A stretch of 64,000 nucleotides of DNA from Polyangiaceae bacterium (GTDB lineage Bacteria > Myxococcota_A > Polyangia > Polyangiales > Polyangiaceae). Location: the NCBI GenBank assembly GCA_035063585.1, contig JAPSGB010000003.1, forward strand, positions 64,001 to 128,000. Reading direction: 5' to 3'. The number at the start of each line of letters is the position of its first letter. Position 1 is the stretch's first letter. Under the pieces are notes generated by a model. That model was not told the DNA's origin, ran no database searches, and was given only the letters and a program-made list of their open reading frames with translations. Shown in pieces: positions 51,156 to 64,000 of this stretch. The position numbers and the translations under genes are program-made.

Positions 51156-51509
51156 CTACTCGTACCCGCTCGCGGACAGGAGCTCGACGAGGGCGCGGAG
51201 CGCGGGGCCGCTGGCCGGTTCGAACTCGAGCCCCATCCGCGCCAGGTCGTCGCGGACGGGCGGGCGGCTCCAGGCGACGCGCGCCAAGAGCGCCAGTGGA
51301 TCCCAGAGGTTAGGTGACCGGACCTCGAGCCGGACGACGACGCCTCGGCCGAGGACCTGGTCCGGGCCGGTGAGCTCGACGCAGGCTCCGCCGAGGCCGA
51401 GATCGACCAGGCGCAGCTCCTGGCGCGAGCCGGTTTCCAGGGCGGTGAGCGTCGCCGGGAGCCGGAGCCGGTGGCGAGCGAGCGCGCGGAAGTGGTCGCG
51501 GGCCGCCAT
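51156..51509 (-). CDS. Single PilZ-domain protein
   Basis: RALAR (RxxxR), DLGLGGA, ARVAW, MGLEF. Confidence 0.8.
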   Translation of the reverse strand: MAARDHFRALARHRLRLPATLTALETGSRQELRLVDLGLGGACVELTGPDQVLGRGVVVRLEVRSPNLWDPLALLARVAWSRPPVRDDLARMGLEFEPASGPALRALVELLSASGYE

Positions 51510-51681
51510 CGGGCGCGATGTTAGCACGCGCCTACCCGCCGTCGCCCGGCGCTCCACGCTTGCGGGGCGAGCCGGGTTCGGCTTCCATGGCGCGGTCGAA
51601 CAACTTGGGGAGGTGCGCGCCCCTCCGCTAGGATGGGCCGCTCCGCCGTCTCCAAGCTGCGTCGAGTCCGGAAGGCGAAAA

Positions 51682-53184
<1,503 letters not shown>

Positions 53185-53264
53185 GCGACCACAAGTCGTC
53201 GTAGTAGCAGGCATTTTCTGGCGGGCGGCGCCCCCGCGCCGGCACGGCTAGAATGTGCGGTCGC

Positions 53265-55262
<1,998 letters not shown>

Positions 55263-55503
55263 AGACGGCGCGAGTCTCGCGACGAGCCGGAGGATGGGTC
55301 GGTCCGGCGCGGTACCGCGCGCCGCGCCAGGGCGGCCGCGGGCGTACAAAACGACGCGCGGGGCGCGCGTGGCGCCCCGCGATCGGGCTCTGCCTTCGCC
55401 GCGCGGCGCGCTCCACGAGGAGAGCGCGCCGCGCGAGCTCGTCCGCGGCGGGCACCCGGCACGGGGCTCGCCGCGGACGGTCGGGCTTCACCTCATCGCG
55501 CGC

Positions 55504-57450
55504 TCAGCGCTTCTCCGCGAGGACCAGGTTGATGAGCTTCCTGAACGCGGAGTCCGGCTGCGCGCCGCTCAAGTAGTAGTCACCAATCACGAACGCCGGC
55601 GTGCCGCTGATGCCGGCCTTGGTGCCTGCCTCGTTGTCAGCGTCGATTTGGGCCTTGTGCGTCGAGCCGTCGAGGGCCGCCTTGAACTTGGTCATGTCGA
55701 GGCCCTGCTCCTGGGCGATCCGCTCGAGGTCCGGCCGCTTGATGTTCGGCTGAGACTCGAAGAGCGCGGCGTGGAACTTCCAGAAGCCGTCGTTGCCCTT
55801 CTGCGCGAAGGCTTCCATCGCGGCCTCCGCCGCGAGCGGCGCGTCCGCGTGGAACGAGAGCGGCATGTTACGCCACACGACGCGCACCTTGCCGCCGTAT
55901 TCCTTCTCGAGTTGCGTGAGCGTGGGCTCGACGCGCTTGCAGAAGGGGCACTGGAAGTCGGACCACATCTGGATGACGACCTTGGCGTTCGCCGGACCCT
56001 TCGAGGGGTTCTTGGCGGTGGGCGCCGGCACGGTCTTCTTCTCGGGCGGGGGCGGGCCCTTCGCCTCGGCCATGATGGTCTCGTAGACCTTTGCGCGCGG
56101 GGTACCGGCGGCCACCATCGCCTTGGCCTTGGCGAGCTGGGCGTCGATGACCTCCTTGAACTTCTCGAACGGCTGCGCGCCGGTGACGCGATAGCCGTTG
56201 ATGAAGAAGTGCGGCGTGCCCCGCGCGTTGAGATCCGCGCCCTGGGCCATGGTCGCCTGGAAGAAGGAGTCGTACTTGTTGCTGTCGATGTTCGCCTTCA
56301 CGGTCGTCCAGTCGAGGCCGAGCTGCTGGGCGATCGTCTTGAGGTCGTCGTCCTCGAGCTTCGGCTGGCTGTCGAAGAGCGCCTTGTGGGCCTTCCAGAA
56401 GGCGTCCACGCCCTTCGTCTTGTAGGCCGTCCAGGCGAGCTCCGCCGCGGGCTTGGCGCGCGGGTGGAAGGGGAGCGGGCTATCCTTCCAGACGATGCGG
56501 ACGTCGTCCTTGTAGGTCTCGCGGACCTTCTCGATCGTCTCCTCGACGCGCTTGCAGAAGGGGCACTGGAAGTCCGAGTACTCGATGATGGTGACGAGCG
56601 CGTCGTTCTTGCCGAGGATGGGATCATCCTTGAAGATCTCTGCCTTCCAGATGGTCTTGTCCTCCTCCGGCGGCTTGTTGTCCGCGGCCGGGGCGGCCGG
56701 CTTCTCGGGCGGAGCCGCGAAGTTCTTCTTCGTCATTTCGACGTAGATGTCCTCGGCCTTGGTCCCCGCGGCGAGCGCCTTCTTGGCCTCGGCGAGCTGC
56801 TCGTCGATCACCTTCTTGAAGTTCTCGAAGGGCTGCGCGCCGCTCACCTCGACGCCGTTGATGCGGAAGTTCGGCGTGCCGCTCGCGCCGATCTTGCTCG
56901 AGAACGCGAGGTCCGCGTCGACCTTCGCCGCGTACTTCTTGGCGCCGTAGTCGGCCTTGAACTTCGCCACGTCGACGCCGGCCTGCCCGGCCCACTTCGC
57001 GTAGTTGTCGTCGCCGAGCGCGCCCTGGTTCTCGAAGGCGAGGTCGTGGAACTTCCAGAAGGCGTCGTTGCCGCCGAGCTGGAAGACCGTCTCGGCAGCC
57101 TCGGCCGCCGGGCGCGCCTGCTTGTGGAAGGGCAGCGGGTTGTTCTTCCAGACGAAGCGGACCTGCTTGGGTCCGTAGGTCTTCTGGATCTGCTCGGTGG
57201 TCGGCCCGACGCGCTTGCAGAACGGGCACTCGAAATCGCTGATCTCGACGATGGTGACCGGCGCGGTGGGGTCGCCCCACTGCGGATCCTTGGCGGTCAC
57301 CGGGATCGGTGACGCGCTCTGGTCGAGTCCCGCGGCGGCGCCCGACTCGGCGGTGATGGCGTTCCCTTGGCTCCTGTCCACGCCCCACATGAGGCCCATG
57401 CCTGCAAGGAAGCAGAGGAAGAAGCCGACGATGGCTGTTCCCTTGTTCAT
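55504..57450 (-). CDS. Triple thioredoxin-fold (DsbA/DsbG-like) protein
   Basis: N-terminal TM/signal; three SDF(E/Q)CPFC motifs, each with a downstream GTP cis-Pro loop. Confidence 0.92.
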   Translation of the reverse strand: MNKGTAIVGFFLCFLAGMGLMWGVDRSQGNAITAESGAAAGLDQSASPIPVTAKDPQWGDPTAPVTIVEISDFECPFCKRVGPTTEQIQKTYGPKQVRFVWKNNPLPFHKQARPAAEAAETVFQLGGNDAFWKFHDLAFENQGALGDDNYAKWAGQAGVDVAKFKADYGAKKYAAKVDADLAFSSKIGASGTPNFRINGVEVSGAQPFENFKKVIDEQLAEAKKALAAGTKAEDIYVEMTKKNFAAPPEKPAAPAADNKPPEEDKTIWKAEIFKDDPILGKNDALVTIIEYSDFQCPFCKRVEETIEKVRETYKDDVRIVWKDSPLPFHPRAKPAAELAWTAYKTKGVDAFWKAHKALFDSQPKLEDDDLKTIAQQLGLDWTTVKANIDSNKYDSFFQATMAQGADLNARGTPHFFINGYRVTGAQPFEKFKEVIDAQLAKAKAMVAAGTPRAKVYETIMAEAKGPPPPEKKTVPAPTAKNPSKGPANAKVVIQMWSDFQCPFCKRVEPTLTQLEKEYGGKVRVVWRNMPLSFHADAPLAAEAAMEAFAQKGNDGFWKFHAALFESQPNIKRPDLERIAQEQGLDMTKFKAALDGSTHKAQIDADNEAGTKAGISGTPAFVIGDYYLSGAQPDSAFRKLINLVLAEKR

Positions 57451-57622
57451 TTGATGACTCCGATACTCCTGTACGAAAAACTACGAGACTAGCGGCGAGC
57501 CTGTCGCCCGCGGCGTCGAGACGACACGGGTGAGCCCGCCCAAGGTTCTGGCGGAGGAGGCAGAGCGCCGCGGTACCGCACCGCGCGCTCTGCGGCAAAC
57601 CCTCCGGTGAGGTGCCGAGCGT

Positions 57623-58039
57623 TCAGGCGTCGCGGGGCGGTCGAAACACCGAGGTGCGATGACCTGGCCGCTCGGGCCCGGCCTCGAAGGGTCGCATGGC
57701 GAGGCGAGTCGATCTCGGGCAGGCGAGCCCGCGGGTCCCCCAGGGGAGGATCCGATCCGGAGCCCAGGCCGGCGCCGTCAGCGGCGGGTGCTCGACCGGC
57801 GGAGTCGTCAGCGTGACGTCGTGTGCCGCGCCGTCCACGCAGCGACTCGCGCGGCTCGGATCGATGGGCCGTACCGGCGGCGGGGCCGCGACGCTGATCG
57901 CCTGTTCGCCGCACATCGGGGCCGCCGCGCTGGCGCGCCCGCTGATGAGCACGATCGCCACGGCGCACAGCAGGGCCGCGGCGCGCGCCAGCGACGGCGC
58001 GGTCCCCACGAGGGGCCATGATGCTGCAACGAGCCTCAT
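57623..58039 (-). CDS. Small secreted Cys/Pro-rich leader protein ending FRPPRDA
   Basis: Hydrophobic signal ending ASA; APMC; three mature-region Cys; same strand, 172 nt upstream of the DsbA-like gene. Confidence 0.55.
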   Translation of the reverse strand: MRLVAASWPLVGTAPSLARAAALLCAVAIVLISGRASAAAPMCGEQAISVAAPPPVRPIDPSRASRCVDGAAHDVTLTTPPVEHPPLTAPAWAPDRILPWGTRGLACPRSTRLAMRPFEAGPERPGHRTSVFRPPRDA

Positions 58040-58212
58040 TCGAACGCGCTCGACACTCTAGTTCACCGCTCGGGAATGTCGATCTCGCCGGCCGTAGGGC
58101 CACGCTCGAGCTCGGCAAGAGTCGAACCGGGTCGTTGCCCTCGGCATTCCAGGGTCAGCAAAAAGCGCGTTCATTTCTTGGCCACATTGTCCTACATTGG
58201 CACCATCGACCC

Positions 58213-60993
58213 ATGCCCGGCCCGAGCTCGCAGCGTAACACATCGAAATCTAATGATATTTCAGCCGCCAAGGACGGGTCGTCGGAGGCTGCTCCTCGGC
58301 GCCTTGGCCGGCTGACCCTCCTGAAGCAGGTGGCGCGGGGCGGCATGGGCGAGGTGTTTCTCGCGTCGAGCGGCGGCATCGAGGGGGCGGAGCGGCCGTG
58401 CGTCGTGAAGCTCATCCGTAGCGAGCACGCGGGCGACCGCTCCTTCCTCGCCCGCTTCCTCGACGAGGCGCGCATCCAGGCGCAGCTCCAGCACCCGGGC
58501 GTCGCGCAGATCCTGGACGCTGCGAGCGATGAGCAGGGCGCTCCCTACGTCGTGGTCGAGTACGTCGAGGGACGAAACCTGAGCGACGTCCATCATCGCG
58601 CGCAGAAGCTCGGGGTTCGCCTCGCGTGGCCCGACGCGGTCGCGCTCGGCATCGTGCTCGGCGAGGCGCTCGCTCACGTGCACGAGCGTGTCGACCCGAG
58701 CGGGAAGCCGCTCGCCATCGTGCACCGCGATCTCAGCCCCCAGAACGTCATGATCGGCTACGGCGGCGACCTCAAGCTCATCGACTTCGGGACGGCTCGC
58801 GCCGAGAACCGCCGCTGCCACACGGTCGCCGGCATCGTCTTCGCGAAGCCCGGCTACGTCGCGCCCGAGGTCGCCAACAACCACCCGGGTGGGGTCCCGG
58901 CCGATCTCTACGCCTTCGGGATCATGCTCTGGGAGCTGGTCGCTGGCCGCCGCTTCCTCGCCGGCGACGCCACCGAGCACCTGGCAGCGGTCGCCGCGGG
59001 CACGCGCTCGCCGAGCCCGCTCGCGCAGCTGGTCGACGCGCCTCGTGAGCTCGACCGCGTCATCGCGCGCCTGACCGCTCCCCGCATCGAGGACCGCTGC
59101 GCCTCCGCGGCGGAGGCCGTGCAGGAGCTCCTCCGGCTGCTCAAGGTGGCGCCGAGTCTCGCGAACGGTGAGCGCGGCGTGCGGACGCGCATCGCCCACC
59201 TCATGCAGACGCTCTACCCGGCCGAGCCCGCGCGCTCGCGCGCGGAGTTCGCGAGGCTGGTCGCGGCGGCGCGCTGCAACCGCCAGCCCGAAGTCGCGGC
59301 GCCGCCGGTCTCACCGGCACCGTCGCCCGCGGAGCGCCCCGAGCCGGACCTCCTGCCCGGCACGCGCTACCGGCTGACCCGGGAGCTCGGTCGCGGTGGC
59401 ATGGGCGTGGTTTACGAGGCGTTCCACGTCGACCTCGGACGCACCGTGGCGCTGAAGGTGCTGCCGGCCGAGCACTCCGGCGCCGCTCACCAAGAGCGGC
59501 TGCGCGCCGAGGCGCGCGCCCTCTCGCGGCTCCGTCACGAGAACCTGGTGATGCTCCACGACTTCGGTGTCACCGCGGATGGACGTCCCTATTACGCAAT
59601 GGAGCGGTTGGAGGGTGAGACGCTCGCCGAGCGCCTCGAGCGAGAGCACGCGCTCGACTGGCGAGAGGCGGCGCGTCTCGGCATCCAGGCGTGCCGCGCG
59701 CTCGAGGCCGCGCACGCGGCGGGGCTCGTGCACCGCGATCTCAAGCCGGCGAACCTCTTCGTCACTCGCGCGGGTGAGCTCAAGCTGCTCGACTTCGGGG
59801 TCGCGCGGAGCGCTGACGATGGCGCCGAGCGTGAGCTCGGTGATGGCGCGCTCGCGTTCTACGGGACCCCCGAGTACTCCGCCCCCGAGCAGCTCTCCGG
59901 CGGTGAGCCCGACGCGCGCTCGGACCTCTACGCGCTCGGCGCGGTGCTCTATCAACTGGTGACCGGGCTCCTGCCGCATCAAGCGTCGAGCGCGGTCGCG
60001 CTGCTCGACCGCAAGCGCCGCGTCGATCCCGACTCGCCGCGCGGCCTCGCCCCCGGGCGGCGCATCCCGCGCTCGCTCGATCGCGCCATCCTGCACGCGC
60101 TCGAGCGCCTGCCGGGGCTCCGCTTCGACAGCGCCGCCGCCTTCCGCGAGGCGCTCGTGGCGGCTCTCCGCGAGCCCGAGGCGACGCGGCGTCGCCGCCG
60201 CCGGAGCGGGTTCGCGGCGGTCGGGCTCATCGCCGGGCTGCTCGCCGCCACCGCCGTGGTCGGCGCCGGTCGCCCCGAGGTGCGCGCGCGGGCGGCCGCC
60301 CTGGCCGCGCCGCTCGGCGCTCGGCTGCACGCGCTCCGCGGGGGCTCGGCGAGCGAGGCCCCGCCTGCGCCGGCCCCCGCCGCGCTCGTCGCGGAGGCGC
60401 CGGCCGCGCCGCCCGCGGAGCCGCCTCGCGCGGCGGAGCTCGCCGCGCCGAGCGACGCCGAGCCCACCGCCGCCGAGACCCTCGCGGTCGCGGACCCACC
60501 GCCGATGAGCGGAGCGCCCGTCGAGCCGGAGGCCGGCGAGACGAACGAGCTCGTCGAGGCTGGGGGTCGGGACGGCGCGGAACCGAGCGACGCGCCCGTC
60601 GCGCCCGTCGCGGCGACCGCGCCGGACGACGTCGCGAGCGCGCTCGCGGCCGCGCAGGCGCTCATGACGAGCGGTCGGAGGCTCAAGGGTTACGACGCGC
60701 TCCGCCGTCTCGGGAAGACGCACCGCAAGGAGCCGCGGGTCCTCGCCGCGTGGTCCCGCGCCGCGGCCGACATGAAGGCCTGGGGAGAGGCGGTCTCGGT
60801 GGCTCGGCGATGGGCCGCGATCGACTCCGGGGTCGAGGCACAGCTCCATCTGGCCACGCTCGAGCGAGCGGTCGGCCGCCGCGACCGGGCCATCGCGACC
60901 CTCACCGCGCTCGCCAAGGCTCACCCCGAGAGCGAGGAGGCGCGGTCGCGGCTCCGTGAGCTCGGGGGCGGCGCTCGCCTGGCGCAGAACTGA
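58213..60993 (+). CDS. Dual-domain Ser/Thr kinase with TM segment and TPR-like C-terminus
   Basis: Kinase 1: GGMG/VVK/HRDLSPQN/DFG/APE. Kinase 2: GRGGMG/ALK/HRDLKPAN/DFG/APE. TM follows RRRRRR. Confidence 0.9.
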   Translation: MPGPSSQRNTSKSNDISAAKDGSSEAAPRRLGRLTLLKQVARGGMGEVFLASSGGIEGAERPCVVKLIRSEHAGDRSFLARFLDEARIQAQLQHPGVAQILDAASDEQGAPYVVVEYVEGRNLSDVHHRAQKLGVRLAWPDAVALGIVLGEALAHVHERVDPSGKPLAIVHRDLSPQNVMIGYGGDLKLIDFGTARAENRRCHTVAGIVFAKPGYVAPEVANNHPGGVPADLYAFGIMLWELVAGRRFLAGDATEHLAAVAAGTRSPSPLAQLVDAPRELDRVIARLTAPRIEDRCASAAEAVQELLRLLKVAPSLANGERGVRTRIAHLMQTLYPAEPARSRAEFARLVAAARCNRQPEVAAPPVSPAPSPAERPEPDLLPGTRYRLTRELGRGGMGVVYEAFHVDLGRTVALKVLPAEHSGAAHQERLRAEARALSRLRHENLVMLHDFGVTADGRPYYAMERLEGETLAERLEREHALDWREAARLGIQACRALEAAHAAGLVHRDLKPANLFVTRAGELKLLDFGVARSADDGAERELGDGALAFYGTPEYSAPEQLSGGEPDARSDLYALGAVLYQLVTGLLPHQASSAVALLDRKRRVDPDSPRGLAPGRRIPRSLDRAILHALERLPGLRFDSAAAFREALVAALREPEATRRRRRRSGFAAVGLIAGLLAATAVVGAGRPEVRARAAALAAPLGARLHALRGGSASEAPPAPAPAALVAEAPAAPPAEPPRAAELAAPSDAEPTAAETLAVADPPPMSGAPVEPEAGETNELVEAGGRDGAEPSDAPVAPVAATAPDDVASALAAAQALMTSGRRLKGYDALRRLGKTHRKEPRVLAAWSRAAADMKAWGEAVSVARRWAAIDSGVEAQLHLATLERAVGRRDRAIATLTALAKAHPESEEARSRLRELGGGARLAQN

Positions 60994-61259
60994 CCCTGGG
61001 GCAAGGCCCTGCCCGAGTCGCGCGCCGCGAGCCGTAGCGACGCTCGGTTCAGTTCGGTCATAAATTTATACAATCATGATATTGCTCATTATTTTCCTGT
61101 TCCTGCGGCGCCGCAGCGGCCTCGGCTCGATCGCGCGCTTGCCGCCCGCCTCGGTCGCCACATAGAAGCGAGCACGTAGCCCGCCGCGGAGGGGGGCGAA
61201 TCGGGGGGAGCCGCTCGACGACCCATGATCCGCATCCCGCTCTACCCGACCCGTCGCCC

Positions 61260-62699
61260 ATGGCCGCGCTGAACCGCGTCCCCGGTGAGAACTTGGTGAC
61301 GACCGGCTCACCCTATCGGGTGGTGCTGCGGCTCGCCACGCCGACCGTCCTCGCGATGGTCACGCAGAGCGTGGTGAACCAAATCGACATCATCTTCTTC
61401 TCCCGGCTGCCTTGCCCCGAGTCGTCGAACGCCCAGGCGGCCCTGCTGCCATCCCTCATCCTGCTCTGGCTCTTCGGCGGTTCGCTGAGCGCGATCTCGG
61501 TCGGGACCCAGGCCATCGCTGCGCGTCGCTTCGCGGAGGACAAGCGCGTCGAGGCGGGCGCGGTGCTGGTGAACTCGTGGTTCTTCTCGCTGGTCGCTGG
61601 GGTCGCGTTCACCATCATCGGCTACCTGAGCCTCCCGGCGATCCTCGGCGTGCTCATCAAGGTGCCGGCGGTGCGCGAGGCCGCCACCGAGTACCTGCAC
61701 TGGCGTCTGCTCGGCATCGTCTCGATGGTGATGACGTTCTCGTTCAAGTCCTTCTTCGATGGGCTCGGCAAGACGCACGTTCACATGGTGAGCGCCATCG
61801 TGATGAACCTGCTCAACGTCGTGCTCTGCTTGGCGTTCATCTTCGGGAAATGGGGCGCGCCACGCATGGGAATCGCGGGCGCCGGTCTGGCCGGCTTCGC
61901 CTCGACCTGGGTCGGGCTGTTGGTCATGCTCGGCTGGGCGGCCCTGCCTCGCTACCGCCGCGACTATCGGCCGTTTTCGCTTCGCCGCCTGTCGGGCGCG
62001 ATCACCGGGGACATCCTCCGGCTCAGCGTCCCCAGCGCGGTCGCCACCATCGCGCTGATGAGTGGCTTCGCGCTGTTCAGCGCCATCGTCAGCCGGCTCG
62101 ACACCGTCACCCACGCCGCGCAGATCGCGACCGACTGCCCCGGGGGGGAGTCCCAGGCCATCAATGGCGCGGCGACCACGGTGATCGTCGGTATCCTGAT
62201 GCTCACCTTCACCGCGTGCCTCGCCTTCGGCACCTCCACGGCGACCCTGGTGAGCCAGTCGCTCGGTGAGGGAGATGGCGACAAGGCCGCGCGCTTCGGC
62301 TGGGTGTCGGTGCGGCTCGGGGTCGTCCTCTTCGGGGTCGTCGGGCTCCTCGAAGGGGTGTTCTTCCCGCATCAGATCTTGGGGTTCTGGTCGCACAGCC
62401 CCGCGGTGGTCGAGGCGGCGGTCATCCCGATGCGGATGATGGGGATCGCGACACCCCTGGTCGCGATCGGGATGATCCTGACCCAGGCCTTGTTCGGCGC
62501 CGGTAACACGCGCTTCGTGATGATGGTGGAGCTCGTGCTCCACTTCACCTGTCTCGTCCCGCTCGCGTGGCTCTTCGGAATCGAGCTCGGGCTCGGGCTG
62601 GTCGGGATCTGGAGCGCCGCGCTCGTCTATGTGGTGGGGCTCAGCGCCGCGATGGCGTGGAAGTTCCACCGCGGGGACTGGAAATCGATCCACATCTGA
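61260..62699 (+). CDS. MATE family efflux transporter
   Basis: About 12 TM helices; LA.P, GKT, NLLNVVL, PRMGIAGAGLA, LVSQSLG, GAGNT, ending WK. Confidence 0.92.
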   Translation: MAALNRVPGENLVTTGSPYRVVLRLATPTVLAMVTQSVVNQIDIIFFSRLPCPESSNAQAALLPSLILLWLFGGSLSAISVGTQAIAARRFAEDKRVEAGAVLVNSWFFSLVAGVAFTIIGYLSLPAILGVLIKVPAVREAATEYLHWRLLGIVSMVMTFSFKSFFDGLGKTHVHMVSAIVMNLLNVVLCLAFIFGKWGAPRMGIAGAGLAGFASTWVGLLVMLGWAALPRYRRDYRPFSLRRLSGAITGDILRLSVPSAVATIALMSGFALFSAIVSRLDTVTHAAQIATDCPGGESQAINGAATTVIVGILMLTFTACLAFGTSTATLVSQSLGEGDGDKAARFGWVSVRLGVVLFGVVGLLEGVFFPHQILGFWSHSPAVVEAAVIPMRMMGIATPLVAIGMILTQALFGAGNTRFVMMVELVLHFTCLVPLAWLFGIELGLGLVGIWSAALVYVVGLSAAMAWKFHRGDWKSIHI

Positions 62700-62709
62700 G
62701 CGCCTCGCC

Positions 62710-64000
62710 CTACTGAGCGCCGGCGTCGGGCTCGCCGTCCTCGAGCATCTTCTCGAGAAGCTCGTCGTCCGTGCCGTCGGGGTTCTCCTTGGGCGGCTCC
62801 TCCGCGTCGCCGTCGTCGCCGCCCAGCATCTGCTCGAGCAGGTCGTCGTCGGTGCCGTCCGCGCCAGCTCCCCCGGCGCCCTTCGCGCCGTGGTCCTCGC
62901 CGGCGGCAGGCCGCGGCGCGGCTGGGCCTGCGCCGCTCGCCGCCGCGCCCCACTTGGCTCGCTCCTCGGCGGTGCAGGGCAGGGGATTATTTCGATCTTC
63001 CTGGACGCACTCGAGCATGAAGGCCTCGCGCGGCATCTCTCCGAACTGCTCTGCCTTCGCGCGTGCCTTGGCGATGTCTCCCTCCACCGCGATGGTGGAT
63101 ATCCGGGGTACGCCCATGATGATGACGAGGCCGATGAGCAACAGGCCCACGAACGGCAGCGAGATCCGGTAGAGCGAGACCATCGGGCGGTTGAACCGGA
63201 AGCTCGTGACGAACAGGTTGTAGCCGAGCGGCGGCGCGAGATAAGCGATCTCGAGGTTCAAGAGGAACATCATCGCCAGGTGGAACGGCGACAGATGGAA
63301 CTCGGCGGCGAACGGGATGAGGAGCGGCACGCCCACCAGGATGGCGCTGAACCCCTCCATCACCATGGCCTGAAAATAGAGAAATATGTTCAGGATGACG
63401 AGAAATTGCCAGGTCTCGGTGATGCCCATGCTGGTCACCCAGGCGAACACGCGGTTCGGGACCTGGTCGGTGACGATGTAGTTCGTCATCGCCGTGGCCA
63501 TCGCCATGATGAGGAGCACCGCGCCCGCGAGCGCCATCGAGTTCTTGGCGATGCGCGGGAACTCCTTCAGCTTGATGTCCTTGTAGACGAACATCTCGAT
63601 GACGAGCACGTAGAAGGCAGCGAGCGCGGCGCTCTCGTCGAGCTCGGTGAGCCCGGTGGCGAGCCCGCCCAGGATGAGCACCGGGATGCCGAGCTCCCAC
63701 TTCACCATCCACGCCGTCGCGCCCATCTCCTTCAGGTTGGGCTTGGTGCGCGGCACGTTGTACTTGATGCCGGTGTAGATGGCGTGAGCGCTCAAGATCG
63801 CGATGATGATGAAGCCTGGCAGGAGGCCGGCCTTGAACGCCTTCGTGAAGTCGATACCGGCGACCAGCGAGTAGACGAGGATCGGCAGCGACGGCGGCAG
63901 GAGCAGGCCCAGCGAGCCGCCGCACATGATGAGCCCGAGCGAGTAACGCTCCGGGTAGCCCTTCTGACGGAGCGCTGGGTAGAGCAGCGCGCCGATCGCC
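62710..64000 (-). CDS. dctM: TRAP transporter large permease (DctM), 5' end outside window
   Basis: GGSLGLLLPPSLP, AGLLPG, ESAA, EIAYLAPPLGYNLFV; acidic C-terminal extension. Confidence 0.88.
   Translation of the reverse strand, partial: AIGALLYPALRQKGYPERYSLGLIMCGGSLGLLLPPSLPILVYSLVAGIDFTKAFKAGLLPGFIIIAILSAHAIYTGIKYNVPRTKPNLKEMGATAWMVKWELGIPVLILGGLATGLTELDESAALAAFYVLVIEMFVYKDIKLKEFPRIAKNSMALAGAVLLIMAMATAMTNYIVTDQVPNRVFAWVTSMGITETWQFLVILNIFLYFQAMVMEGFSAILVGVPLLIPFAAEFHLSPFHLAMMFLLNLEIAYLAPPLGYNLFVTSFRFNRPMVSLYRISLPFVGLLLIGLVIIMGVPRISTIAVEGDIAKARAKAEQFGEMPREAFMLECVQEDRNNPLPCTAEERAKWGAAASGAGPAAPRPAAGEDHGAKGAGGAGADGTDDDLLEQMLGGDDGDAEEPPKENPDGTDDELLEKMLEDGEPDAGAQ

Noticed and set aside
61058..61311. 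Small minus-strand ORFs (67 and 81 aa) or a riboswitch upstream of MATE
   Set aside because: No coding signal or SD, and no recognisable riboswitch consensus; better explained as promoter DNA.

Overview
Very high-GC chromosomal window from a myxobacterium, most likely Polyangiaceae/Sorangiineae-like. This is inferred from two MYXO-CTERM-type GCGCR/TM/RRR tails, a TIGR02266-type PilZ protein, cysteine-rich repeat lipoproteins and four Hanks-type Ser/Thr kinases carrying five kinase domains. It is mostly core genome: a TCA/central-metabolism cluster (sucC-sucD-ndk, mdh, a PGDH, icd), dapD-dapE, fsa/transaldolase, ybeY, HU, lnt, an RlmI-like methyltransferase, Uup, gloB and a glycogen debranching enzyme. 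It also holds a HlyD-ABC-TetR-TolC efflux operon, MATE and TRAP transporters, tRNA-Arg(CCG) and many secreted or lipoprotein unknowns. I saw no mobile element, prophage or CRISPR array. Best candidates for undescribed biology: (1) a signal-peptide- and Cys-containing leader ORF ending in FRPPR, followed by a hairpin/anti-SD region, directly upstream of a triple-CPFC DsbA-like gene (possible arrest-peptide sensor of export or oxidative folding); (2) a Ser/Thr kinase fused to a probably non-catalytic ADP-ribose 'reader' macrodomain; (3) a DUF59/hemerythrin mini-regulon around a perfect 11-5-11 AT-rich operator; (4) a lipoate-ligase-like protein lacking the catalytic Lys; (5) a deoxyhypusine-synthase-like enzyme with a histone-like repeat tail. 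Many genes also show a leaderless-transcription signature. All functional calls come from motif recognition by eye; no database searches were run.
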